From Blastocatellia bacterium (lineage in GTDB: Bacteria; Acidobacteriota; Blastocatellia; UBA7656): DNA of 64,000 nucleotides. Below, piece by piece: positions 45,584 to 54,976 of the stretch; position 1 is the first letter of the stretch, and each line of letters begins with the position of its first letter. The stretch is from positions 38,619-102,618 of the forward strand of contig DATFXM010000030.1 in the NCBI GenBank assembly GCA_035315885.1, read 5' to 3'. The notes under the pieces are model-generated. The model ran no database searches. It saw only the letters and a list, made by a program, of their open reading frames with translations, and was not told the DNA's origin. The translations under genes were made by a program, and so were the position numbers.

Positions 45584-46816
45584 GTGGCGCAGAGAGAGGA
45601 CACACTGGGAGTCTTTCGCGTTTCTCAGTCCAATGATTGGCGCGAACTGAGCTCGGTTCATCGACGATGCTTGTTGGAACCGGGATCGAGTGCACCACGA
45701 GTGCCGAGCCCGGTACCACGAGTTGAGCTGAATCTTCAGAAGTCCGTTCCGAACAAGCTCATCTGCATATTTATTGTTATCGCGGCTGGCTTTTGCGTCC
45801 TGATCAACGGCTGCAGCGCGACGCACGTCGGTGTCGTGCCCTCGATCGAATTCACCAGGATCCCTCCCGCAGAGATCAATCGTGCGGAAAAGTTCGACAT
45901 TATCCAGGGCCGGGTAACTGGGGCGCGCCCCGGCCAGCAAGTGGTCTTGTACGTAAAGACCGGAGACTGGTGGGTACAGCCGTCTTTCCATCAACCCTTC
46001 ACAAAGATTCTGGCTGACTCTACCTGGCTGAATTCAACTCACCTCGGGTCGCACTATGCTGCCGTCCTCGTAGATCCCGAATATCATCCCCAATCAACCA
46101 TGGATACTCTGCCGGATATTGGTGGTGGCGTCGCGGCAGTAGCGGTTGCGGAGGGCGCAACATCCGGCCCAACCACCGCTGCAAACCTGCAGTTCGGCGG
46201 ATATGATTGGAGGGTGAGGAATGCTCCGAGCAGCCGCGGAGATACTCCAAACATTTATGATCCCTCAAACGCCTGGATCGATGCGGAAGGAGCGCTCCAT
46301 CTTCGGATAGCAAAGCAAGGCGATCAGTGGACGTGTGCAGAAGTGACCCTCACCCGCAGTCTTGGATATGGCACTTATTCATTCGTAGTGCGCGATACGT
46401 CGCAGTTGGAGCCCGCTTCAGTTTTTTCGATGTATACCTGGGACTACTCCGGCGGCGATCAGAATAATCGTGAGATGGATATCGAGATAAGCCGTTGGGG
46501 TGATCCGGCAGCGGTGAACGCCCAATGTGAGGTTCAGCCCTTTTATGTTCCGGCGAATGTCGCTCGATTCGACGCACCGGCCGGCGTGCTGACACACAGT
46601 TTTCGTTGGGAGCCCGGGAAGGTTGTCTTCAGAACCCTGCGAGGATCGGTCAACGATTCTCACGCTGAAGTAGTAAATGAGCACGCCTTTACGTCCGGAG
46701 TGCCGCTTCCCGCCTCCGAAACGGTTCGCATAGCGTTCTACGTCTACGGAAAGATATATAATCCGGCGCAAAATGATATTGAAGTTGTTGTTGAGAAGTT
46801 TGAATACCTTCCTTGA
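45584..46816 (+). CDS. Predicted lipoprotein with a novel ~105-aa N-terminal domain and a C-terminal GH16-like (concanavalin-type glucanase) domain. Start uncertain.
   Basis: Lipobox-like (...AAGFCVLINGC). C-terminal region has the ExDxE motif NREMDIEISRWG, typical of GH16 catalytic strands. The N-domain is homologous to the N-terminus of 50124..51425. Confidence 0.5.
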   Translation: MAQREDTLGVFRVSQSNDWRELSSVHRRCLLEPGSSAPRVPSPVPRVELNLQKSVPNKLICIFIVIAAGFCVLINGCSATHVGVVPSIEFTRIPPAEINRAEKFDIIQGRVTGARPGQQVVLYVKTGDWWVQPSFHQPFTKILADSTWLNSTHLGSHYAAVLVDPEYHPQSTMDTLPDIGGGVAAVAVAEGATSGPTTAANLQFGGYDWRVRNAPSSRGDTPNIYDPSNAWIDAEGALHLRIAKQGDQWTCAEVTLTRSLGYGTYSFVVRDTSQLEPASVFSMYTWDYSGGDQNNREMDIEISRWGDPAAVNAQCEVQPFYVPANVARFDAPAGVLTHSFRWEPGKVVFRTLRGSVNDSHAEVVNEHAFTSGVPLPASETVRIAFYVYGKIYNPAQNDIEVVVEKFEYLP

Positions 46817-49800
46817 TGGTGGTCGAAGACATCGCCGGTCATTCGGATGGTTTTGGCTGGTGTTGATGTCGGCGTGTCTGGCACCCAACGCTCACGCGTT
46901 GGATCCATCACGGCCAATCTCTGAGTATGCGCGCGAAAGCTGGGATATTGAGACGCGATTTCCCGGCGGACCAGTGCATGGCATCGCCCAGACTCCGGAT
47001 GGATACCTATGGATCGCCGCGGAAAAGGGGTTGGTCCGCTTCGATGGATTGAACTTCCGCCTGTTTAACCAGGCAAACTCACCTGGTTTTCCTGACGGGC
47101 CGGTCTTGGATGTGATGGCCGACTGGGAAGGAAACCTGTGGATCCGGCCGCAGAGCCGGAACATGCTGCGTTATCGCGATGGAGTATTTCACGATGTCAT
47201 GCCTGACCTGGACAGGACGCGTCTTGGGATATCGGCGATGTGTATGGGACCAAAGGGCGAGGTTCTTTTAGCCGTGCGCAGTACCGGCATATTCACCTGG
47301 AAGGATCAACGATTCGAGAAGGTGTTATCTACGGAAGACCGCTCTAATTTCCTGGTCATCTCGATGGCGAAAGCCCGCGACAACAAGGTCTGGATTGGCA
47401 CTCGAGACAACGGTCTTTTTACCGCCAGCGGAGGACAGATTTCCGCGGTTAGAAATGGATTACCTGACAGAAAGGTCAACAGCCTCCTGTCGGTGAATGA
47501 GCGTGAGTTGTGGGTCGGGACCGACAATGGAATCGTCCGGTGGAATGGTGAAGAGTTGACCGCGGTAGCCGATCAGGCGCTGGACCGCGTGCAGGTGTTA
47601 GCAATGACCAGGGATCGCGATTCGAATCTCTGGATTGGGACGTCGAAGGGGCTGTTGCGCCTGAATGCGAGTGGAGCGACTTCCGACGAGGAGGAGGCGA
47701 ACGAGTCTTCGGCAGCCGGAGTGAACGGAGGAGTGAACGCCGTCTTTGAAGATCGCGAAGGAAATCTTTGGGTCGGAAGCAATCGAGGCCTCGAGCGACT
47801 TCGCGACATCGCCTTCACCACACACTATGTTTCCAGGGACCTTCCCCAGCGCGCCTACGGCGCCTTCTACCTCGATGCAGGCGGTTTGACCTGGTTCGCT
47901 CCCTCGGATGGCGGGTTGTACTGGCGGCGAGGCACGCAAAGCGGACAAGTGAAAGAGGCGGGACTTGACCGCGACGTAATCTATTCAATGGCAGGCGGCA
48001 AGGGCGAGCTGTGGGTAGGCCGCCAGCGCGGTGGACTCACGCACTTAAGGTACGACGGCAGTTCATTCAAGGCGGAAACTTACACGGAAGCGCAAGGGCT
48101 TGCACGGGGCGCCATCTATGCGGTTCTTGAAACGCGCGATCGAACTGTGTGGGCTGGAAGTTGGATGGGAGGTGTCACCAGGATAAGGGACGGAAAACTC
48201 ACGACCTACACCGCAGCGAACGGCCTTGCGTCTGACACCGTCACATCCATTCTTGAAAGTGCGGCTGGAACGATGTGGTTTGGCACGTCTAACGGGTTGA
48301 GCTCGCTCTCGCAGGATGGCTGGCGGACCTACCGAGGCGTCGATGGCTTACCACCCGGCGTTGTGTACTGCTTACTCGAAGACTCCGGGCACGCGATATG
48401 GATTGGTACCGCCAACGGGATTGCGGTTCTTCTTTCCGGTCAGATCCGGGCTGTTCGCGAGGCTCCCAGCTCGTTGAACCAACCGATAAGGGGAATTGCT
48501 GAGGACCGGGCGGGAATGCTGTGGATCTCGACTGCGAATCGAGTTGTACGCGTCGACGGCGACAAATTGCTGCGCGGACCGGCTGGTGAACCGGTGGTTC
48601 GAGAGTTCGGACTCGCCGACGGACTCCGCAGCGTGGAGGGGATGAAGCGAAGCAAGTCGATAGTCATGGATTCGCTCGGGCGAATCTGGGTTTCCACATA
48701 TGCCGGGCTTTCGGTCGTCGACCCTCTTAGAGTTTCGGATGAGACAATTCCCGTGATAGTCCGGGTGGAGGGGCTCGCAGCCGATGGTAGACCCGTTGCT
48801 CTCAAGGATACCGTTCGCATTCCGGGTGGTCGTCAAAGGATCACACTCAGCTTCGCTGGTCTGAGTCTCTCGGTACCGGAGCGCATCAGGTTCAGATACC
48901 GATTGGATGACTTCGATCAGGATTGGAGCGACGTGGTCTCGGCACGAGAGGCTGTCTATACAAATCTAGGACCCGGAACTTACCGTTTCCGCGTCTTGGG
49001 GAGCAACAGCGACGGGGTCTGGAACAGATTCGAATCGACGATCCTGTTCGAGATTGAACCGGTATTCTGGCAGACCTGGTGGTTTCGTTCGCTCACGCTG
49101 ATTGCGGGTGGGCTGATGGCCCTGGTGATTTACCGAGCGAGGCTGCGTCGTGTGACCGGACAACTGAATGTGCGATTCGAAGAGCGGCTGGCCGAGCGCA
49201 CGCGCATCGCTCAGGACCTGCACGACACGCTGTTACAAGGATTTCTCAGCGCATCAATGCAGCTCGACGTGGCCGCGGACCAGCTACCCTCGGATTCTCC
49301 TGCCAAGCCTCTCGTCGCCCGCGTGCTTCAACTGATGAGACATGTTATCGACGAGGGACGCACCGCGCTCAAAGGCCTGCGCTCTTCTGACTATGGTCCT
49401 AAAGATCTGGCGCAATCATTCTCTGACGTTCAATATGAGCTCGCCGTTCCCGATAACGTAGATTATCGCGTCACTGTGCGAGGGACCTCCCGCCCATTGC
49501 ACCCGATCATCCGCGATGAGGTATATCGTATCGGCAGGGAAGCGCTGGTGAATGCGTTCCGTCACTCGCGGGCGAACACCATAGAGATGGAAATCGAATT
49601 TGGAGCGCAATTCCTGCGACTGCATGTTCGCGACAACGGCACGGGCATCGATACTCATGTACTTCGCGACGGGCGCGACGGACACTGGGGTCTCAAGGGA
49701 ATGCGAGAGCGAGCAGTGGTAATCGGTGCCACACTCAAGCTGCGGAGCCGCGCGGGCACGGGCACGGAAGTTGAGGTTGTCATTCCGAACCAGATTGCCT

Positions 49801-49892
49801 TTGAATCGTTGACCCAGCTTCCCTGGTGGGGCCGGCTCCCTAAGGTGCCCTGGGGAAAACCCCGACAGAAGTTGAAGGGCCGAAAGAACTAG
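46773..49892 (+). CDS. Sensor histidine kinase with a periplasmic beta-propeller/Y_Y_Y domain (third paralog), HisKA_3 + HATPase_c
   Basis: 1039 aa. Signal (FGWFWLVLMSACLAPNAHA), propeller repeats, TM (WWFRSLTLIAGGLMALVIY), H-box ERTRIAQDLHDTLLQ, and ATPase region (RDNGTGID...GHWGLKGMRERA). Confidence 0.8.
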   Translation: MILKLLLRSLNTFLDGGRRHRRSFGWFWLVLMSACLAPNAHALDPSRPISEYARESWDIETRFPGGPVHGIAQTPDGYLWIAAEKGLVRFDGLNFRLFNQANSPGFPDGPVLDVMADWEGNLWIRPQSRNMLRYRDGVFHDVMPDLDRTRLGISAMCMGPKGEVLLAVRSTGIFTWKDQRFEKVLSTEDRSNFLVISMAKARDNKVWIGTRDNGLFTASGGQISAVRNGLPDRKVNSLLSVNERELWVGTDNGIVRWNGEELTAVADQALDRVQVLAMTRDRDSNLWIGTSKGLLRLNASGATSDEEEANESSAAGVNGGVNAVFEDREGNLWVGSNRGLERLRDIAFTTHYVSRDLPQRAYGAFYLDAGGLTWFAPSDGGLYWRRGTQSGQVKEAGLDRDVIYSMAGGKGELWVGRQRGGLTHLRYDGSSFKAETYTEAQGLARGAIYAVLETRDRTVWAGSWMGGVTRIRDGKLTTYTAANGLASDTVTSILESAAGTMWFGTSNGLSSLSQDGWRTYRGVDGLPPGVVYCLLEDSGHAIWIGTANGIAVLLSGQIRAVREAPSSLNQPIRGIAEDRAGMLWISTANRVVRVDGDKLLRGPAGEPVVREFGLADGLRSVEGMKRSKSIVMDSLGRIWVSTYAGLSVVDPLRVSDETIPVIVRVEGLAADGRPVALKDTVRIPGGRQRITLSFAGLSLSVPERIRFRYRLDDFDQDWSDVVSAREAVYTNLGPGTYRFRVLGSNSDGVWNRFESTILFEIEPVFWQTWWFRSLTLIAGGLMALVIYRARLRRVTGQLNVRFEERLAERTRIAQDLHDTLLQGFLSASMQLDVAADQLPSDSPAKPLVARVLQLMRHVIDEGRTALKGLRSSDYGPKDLAQSFSDVQYELAVPDNVDYRVTVRGTSRPLHPIIRDEVYRIGREALVNAFRHSRANTIEMEIEFGAQFLRLHVRDNGTGIDTHVLRDGRDGHWGLKGMRERAVVIGATLKLRSRAGTGTEVEVVIPNQIAFESLTQLPWWGRLPKVPWGKPRQKLKGRKN

Positions 49893-50123
49893 AGTCAGCC
49901 CGTTGCTGGACAGCGGCTGCTAACACTTTCGTGGTATTCAAAAAACCCTATCTCCGGTGATTCATTTTTGTATCCCTGCGGTTAACCTTCAAATGCCGAC
50001 GCGAGCTGAACGGTTAGGACGCTGAGGTTCCAATGCGTGCGAAGTAGGCACGCCAGTCATCGACGGCCCCCAAAGTCGCAAGATTGGCGGACAAGACGCT
50101 GAAGCTGAAGCTCACAGCAGTTC

Positions 50124-51425
50124 TTGCCTGGCAGCCAGAACGAGGAGCGCGAGGAATCGGGCTTCCTCCGCGAAGACAAGAGATTGAAACCACGATTTGA
50201 AAACCCTGTCGCAATCCCAACACTGGCATTCGCCTTTTTACTTCTCACTCTTTGTTTTGTAGTTGGCGGTTGTCGCGCCCGGAAAGTGGACGGCGGACCC
50301 GTTGTCGAGTTCACAAAAGTGCCTCTAGCTGAAGAAGGCGGGCCAGACAAACTTGATGTGATCGAAGGCCGCGTTAGAGAAGCTCGCCCGGACCAGAAGA
50401 TCGTCTTGTTTGCTAAAAGCGGGACATGGTACGTCCAACCGTTCGCGGACCAACAATTCACAGCTATTCAAGCCGATTCAAAGTGGAAGAGCGTTACGCA
50501 CCTAGGCACTGAGTATGCCGCACTGCTCGTCGAGCCGGGCTATCAACCTCCAAATGTAACCGATACCCTGCCGACTGCAGGTGGAGCAGTGGTAGCCGTA
50601 GCCATCAGGAAAGGTGAGCCGGTGTACTGGCTGAGATGGTGGTTCCTGGTCTTATGCGCTCTGGCCCTCCTGTCCACGTTTCTTGCGTTCAACAACTACA
50701 AGCTGCACTTAGTGACCCGACAACTGAATCTGCGCTTCGAAGAACGCCTGGCCGAGCGGACCCAAATCGCGCAGCAACTCCACGACACGCTGTTGCAGGG
50801 TGTTATCAGCGCCTCAATGCAGCTACACATGGCAGTTGATCAACTGCCGACCGACTTGCCGGCGAAGCCTTCTCTAACTCGAGTTCTTCATGTAATGGAG
50901 CAGGTCCTTGAGGAAGGACGGTATGCGCTTCAGAGCCTCCGCCCGGGTCCCAACAGCGTCTGTCTCGATGTCGAGCAGACGTTCCGCACGATCCAACAAG
51001 AGTTCAACGACGATGCGATTGACTTTCGCGTCATTGTTGAAGGCCGACCCCGCCCCGTACACCCGATCATACGCGATGAGGTGTACCGTATCGGACGCGA
51101 ACTGCTTGTCAGCGCATTTCGCGCCGAGCGCGTGAGGAGCATAATAGTCGACGTGAAATACAGGGCCAGGTACTTGTGTATTGCCTTCCTCATCGATGGC
51201 GGACGTGATAACAATCAAACGCGAGCGCCGGAAGGCGACGGTCAATGGCCGGTTTCAGAGATGCGCGAGGGCGCCGACAGAATCGGCGGGCGTTTGAGAG
51301 TCAAACATGGCGCACGAACTGAGGTCGAATTGTTGGTTCCGGGCTATATCGCTTTCCAAAGTCAATCTGCAAGGAACGCCTTGAGCTGGCTCGCTCGTTT
51401 TCGTCCGCAAGGGTGGGACCGGTGA
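50124..51425 (+). CDS. Short sensor histidine kinase: lipoprotein-type signal, novel ~105-aa periplasmic domain, TM, HisKA_3, and a divergent/degenerate HATPase_c
   Basis: The periplasmic domain is ~55% identical to the N-domain of 45584..46816. The H-box ERTQIAQQLHDTLLQ region is nucleotide-similar to 49140-49260. In the ATPase G-boxes, IDGGRD replaces DNGTGI and the GxGL box is absent. Confidence 0.6.
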   Translation: MPGSQNEEREESGFLREDKRLKPRFENPVAIPTLAFAFLLLTLCFVVGGCRARKVDGGPVVEFTKVPLAEEGGPDKLDVIEGRVREARPDQKIVLFAKSGTWYVQPFADQQFTAIQADSKWKSVTHLGTEYAALLVEPGYQPPNVTDTLPTAGGAVVAVAIRKGEPVYWLRWWFLVLCALALLSTFLAFNNYKLHLVTRQLNLRFEERLAERTQIAQQLHDTLLQGVISASMQLHMAVDQLPTDLPAKPSLTRVLHVMEQVLEEGRYALQSLRPGPNSVCLDVEQTFRTIQQEFNDDAIDFRVIVEGRPRPVHPIIRDEVYRIGRELLVSAFRAERVRSIIVDVKYRARYLCIAFLIDGGRDNNQTRAPEGDGQWPVSEMREGADRIGGRLRVKHGARTEVELLVPGYIAFQSQSARNALSWLARFRPQGWDR

Positions 51426-51454
51426 AGGAAGAAACCGACAAAGGAGGTGGACAA

Positions 51455-52084
51455 ATGAGCAATCAAGCTTCAATCCGCGTCTTCAGCGTTGATGATCATC
51501 CTCTCCTGCGCGAAGGACTCGCTGCAATTGTCAACAATCAGCCCGATATGGAGCTAGTCGCTCACGCGTCCACCGGTCGCGAGGCCATTCAAGCCTTCAA
51601 GCAACACCAACCCGATATCACGCTGCTTGACCTCCGGCTGCCCGATATGAGCGGCATCGATGCTTTGATCGCGATTCGAGCCGAATTCCCTGAGGCCCGT
51701 ATCATTATGCTTACGACGTTCGAGGGCGATGTCGATATCAGCCGTGCTCTGGCGGCAGGAGCCCGCGGATATATGCTGAAAAACATGCCGCCCAAGGAGC
51801 TCGTAGAGGCGATACGCCAGGTTCATTCGGGGAAGAGGCGCATCCCTCCGCAGGTCGCATCGCACCTCGCCGAGTTTTTCGGAGGCGATTCCCTCACCGA
51901 GCGTGAGATAGAGGTCCTGCGGCACATCGCCGAGGGAAACCGCAATCGAGACATTGCCGAACGCCTCTTTATCTCGGAGGAGACCGTCAAGGTGCACATC
52001 AAACACATCATGGAAAAGCTAGGCGCCACCGATCGCACGCAGGCGGTCGCGATCGGCCTGCGGCGCGGAATTATTAAATTGTGA
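51455..52084 (+). CDS. NarL/FixJ (LuxR-type) response regulator, paralog of 38401..39030
   Basis: AAAGGAGGTG lies upstream of ATG 51455. REC domain (VFSVDDHPLLREG...DITLLDLRLPDMSG) plus LuxR HTH. Confidence 0.85.
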   Translation: MSNQASIRVFSVDDHPLLREGLAAIVNNQPDMELVAHASTGREAIQAFKQHQPDITLLDLRLPDMSGIDALIAIRAEFPEARIIMLTTFEGDVDISRALAAGARGYMLKNMPPKELVEAIRQVHSGKRRIPPQVASHLAEFFGGDSLTEREIEVLRHIAEGNRNRDIAERLFISEETVKVHIKHIMEKLGATDRTQAVAIGLRRGIIKL

Positions 52085-52367
52085 GCTCCGCAAACAATCG
52101 GCGTACGTCGTCGCCGTCCCTCACAAGTCGCGTGCCGCAATAAGCCTCACGTCTGCCCGACTAATTTCGATTCCTCCTGCACGACAATCCTTCACCAAGG
52201 TGAGGGTCGCTACTACTATCGTGTTATGCCCGGATTGCTCTGACGAGGTAGGAAAAAACCATTCGATCCCGGGATGCGCGATTAGATCCATTTCCGCAAT
52301 AGTGTTGCCGTGTCGTGACATCAAACGAGCGAACTTGAAACGACGATCAACGCTGGAGGGCACGAGG

Positions 52368-52868
52368 ATGAATTCCCACATGATGCTAATCACGTACATT
52401 TCGACGTTAACCTTCGTGCATGTCCTGTTGAGCTTAATAGGAATCGGCTCGGGATTCGTCGTTCTGTTTGGGCTGCTTACCCGGAGAAGGCTTGACCGTT
52501 GGACGGCGATCTTTCTATCGACCACGGTTGCGACGAGCGCTACCGGATTCTTTTTTCCGATCCACAAGCTTACGCCGGGTCTGGTAATCGGCATCATATC
52601 GCTGGTCGTGCTGGCACTGGCAATTACGGCGCTATACGTATCGCACCTTGCGGGAGCATGGCGGTGGATCTACGTGTTCGGATCCGTGTTTGCCCTCTAC
52701 CTGAATGTGTTCGTAGCAATCGCACAGGCTTTCCGGAATATACCGGCACTGAGAGAAATGGCGACTCAGTCGGAATCGCCGTTTCGGTTTACCCAGCTTA
52801 CCGTAGTCACGCTGTTCATCGTGCTGGCAATTGTCGCTGCCAAACGGTTCCGAGTTGCCCATGCCTGA
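52368..52868 (+). CDS. Hypothetical 4-TM membrane protein
   Basis: Start at internal ATG 52368 with GAGG upstream. Four hydrophobic helices. Confidence 0.4.
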   Translation: MNSHMMLITYISTLTFVHVLLSLIGIGSGFVVLFGLLTRRRLDRWTAIFLSTTVATSATGFFFPIHKLTPGLVIGIISLVVLALAITALYVSHLAGAWRWIYVFGSVFALYLNVFVAIAQAFRNIPALREMATQSESPFRFTQLTVVTLFIVLAIVAAKRFRVAHA

Positions 52869-52994
52869 CGTCCGCAAAATGACTAATACCCTCGAGAGTT
52901 GTCGGTCGTGAGAACTGCAAGCGTTGAGCACAAGCGAATGGGATATGGATGCATTAGCGTTCGTCGAAGCTTCAACCAATGAAAGGAATCCGCT

Positions 52995-53264
52995 ATGACG
53001 GACGTCATTTGTACTGATCTTGAATCCATTGAAACCGTGAGACAGTCAGAAGTACGAGAGTGTGAAGAATGTGTGAAGATTGGCTCACAATGGGTCCAGC
53101 TACGGACGTGCCAGGAGTGCGGGGTGATGCTGTGCTGTGACAGTTCCCCGCATCAGCATGCGACTAAGCATGCACAATCGAGTGGACATCCTGTAATCGC
53201 CTCGGCGGAGCCCGGAGAGCGGTGGCTTTATTGCTATTCTCACGACGCCTTCGCGGAGTACTGA
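52995..53264 (+). CDS. UBP-type zinc-finger (zf-UBP) domain protein
   Basis: CEECVKIGSQWVQLRTCQECGVMLCCDSSPHQHATKHAQSSGHPV matches the C2-C2-H-H-H spacing of the zf-UBP fold. Confidence 0.65.
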   Translation: MTDVICTDLESIETVRQSEVRECEECVKIGSQWVQLRTCQECGVMLCCDSSPHQHATKHAQSSGHPVIASAEPGERWLYCYSHDAFAEY

Positions 53265-53383
53265 TTTCAAGAATCGTTAGTTTGCGACCCAATCAACTGA
53301 CAAAGCAGTCTTCGAAGCTTGCAGTGGCTAAAACGAGCCATTCGACCGAGTCGGATGAACTAATACCTTGAAGGAGAACTCTA

Positions 53384-54010
53384 ATGGCAAAAAGGCAGAT
53401 CGAGACGAACAAACCAAGGAGCATTAACGCCCAACCGCGCCTTCACCAACGAGCTCGTGAAATTCAATCATATGGAACTGTGACCCACGCGTTGCCGCTC
53501 GAGCTGGAAGAACCGGTTCGACTGGAAATGACCGAGCAGTTGAATCAAATGCTCGCGGATACCATGACACTCCGCGACTTGTACAAGAAGTGCCATTGGC
53601 AGGTGGCGGGTCCAACCTTTTATCAACTGCACCTGCTTTACGACAAACATTATGGCGAACAAGTTGACCTGGTTGACGCGATTGCCGAGCGGATTCAACT
53701 CCTCGGCGGCATAAGCCTGGCCATGGCTGCCGACGTGGCTGAGACTACACAAATCGAACGGCCGCCGCGTGGCCGCGAGGAGGTCCCCGTTCAGTTGTCG
53801 CGATTGATTGATGCCCACCAGATTATTGTTCGCGATGCCAGGACACTGGGTCGGCGTGCTGCTGACCTCGGCGACGATGGCACCAACGATCTGGTTGTGA
53901 GTCAGGTGCTCCGCACCAATGAGCTTCAGATCTGGTTCCTGAGTGAGCATCTTGTGAATATGCCGCTCGTAGAAGCAAAAGAGCCATCGTTGACCGCCGC
54001 CGCGTCATAG
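53384..54010 (+). CDS. dps: Dps-family ferritin-like DNA-protection protein
   Basis: LYKKCHWQVAGPTFYQLHLLYDKHYGEQVDLVDAIAERI carries the Dps ferroxidase-site residues in a four-helix pattern. Confidence 0.8.
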   Translation: MAKRQIETNKPRSINAQPRLHQRAREIQSYGTVTHALPLELEEPVRLEMTEQLNQMLADTMTLRDLYKKCHWQVAGPTFYQLHLLYDKHYGEQVDLVDAIAERIQLLGGISLAMAADVAETTQIERPPRGREEVPVQLSRLIDAHQIIVRDARTLGRRAADLGDDGTNDLVVSQVLRTNELQIWFLSEHLVNMPLVEAKEPSLTAAAS

Positions 54011-54108
54011 CGGCGCAATGCCGGCGAAGGTTACTTGTCTGCGTAGCGTGGGCCGTCGAGATCCGAACGCGTGACTATTGTCTATTGGAGTTGATTGAGG
54101 AAATGCCA

Positions 54109-54858
54109 ATGAATGGGCTTCAAGGAAAGATTGCGTTGATTACCGGTGGCACGACCGGCATCGGCCTTGCGACTGCCAAGAGGTTCGTAAGCGAAGGTGC
54201 CCATGTTTTTATAACCGGGCGCCGCGAGGCGGAGTTGGCCGCGGCGGTTAAGGAGATTGGCAAGGATGTGACCCGCGTTCAAGGCGATGTATCGAACCTT
54301 GCGGATCTCGATCGCCTGTTTGCGCAAATCCATCGGGAGAAGGATAGGCTCGATATCGTCTTCGCGAACGCGGGCTTAGCAACGTCCGCTCCGTTGGGTA
54401 GCATTACCGAAGAGCACTACGACTCGATCTTCAACATCAACGTGAAGGGCATGCTCTTCACAATTCAGAAGGCGCTTCCGCTGATGCCGGATGGTTCGTC
54501 AATCATCCTGAATGCGTCCATCGTGGCCAGCAAGGGATCGCCGGCGATCAGTGTCTACAGCGCCACAAAAGCTGCCGTGCGCTCGTTCGCACGAACGTGG
54601 ACAACCGACTTGAAGGACCGGCGCATTCGTGTAAACGCAGTGAGCCCCGGCCCTATCGATACACCCGGGCTCAAAGATCTGACAGCTTCCAGAGGATCCG
54701 GCGAGCAATACCTGAAGATGCTTTCCAACAACATTCCGCTTGGCAGGCTCGGCACTCCCGATGACATCGCGAATGCCGTAGTGTTTCTAGCCTCCGACGA
54801 CAGCACCTTCATCACTGGCACGGAGCTGTTTGTAGACGGCGGATTCGCGCAAGTGTAG
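54109..54858 (+). CDS. SDR-family short-chain dehydrogenase/reductase
   Basis: TGGTTGIG cofactor motif, NAG (FANAG), and catalytic YSATK. SD GAGGAA lies upstream of ATG 54109. Confidence 0.8.
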   Translation: MNGLQGKIALITGGTTGIGLATAKRFVSEGAHVFITGRREAELAAAVKEIGKDVTRVQGDVSNLADLDRLFAQIHREKDRLDIVFANAGLATSAPLGSITEEHYDSIFNINVKGMLFTIQKALPLMPDGSSIILNASIVASKGSPAISVYSATKAAVRSFARTWTTDLKDRRIRVNAVSPGPIDTPGLKDLTASRGSGEQYLKMLSNNIPLGRLGTPDDIANAVVFLASDDSTFITGTELFVDGGFAQV

Positions 54859-54976
54859 TCCGTCGAGGTAGCATGTAGGCCATCATCATTTGATCTCGAC
54901 GGGGATTCGCCACGCACACGGTGCCCTTGGGAGTTTTGGATTCCCAACGAGATCATTGAACCCAAAGGAGAATTTT

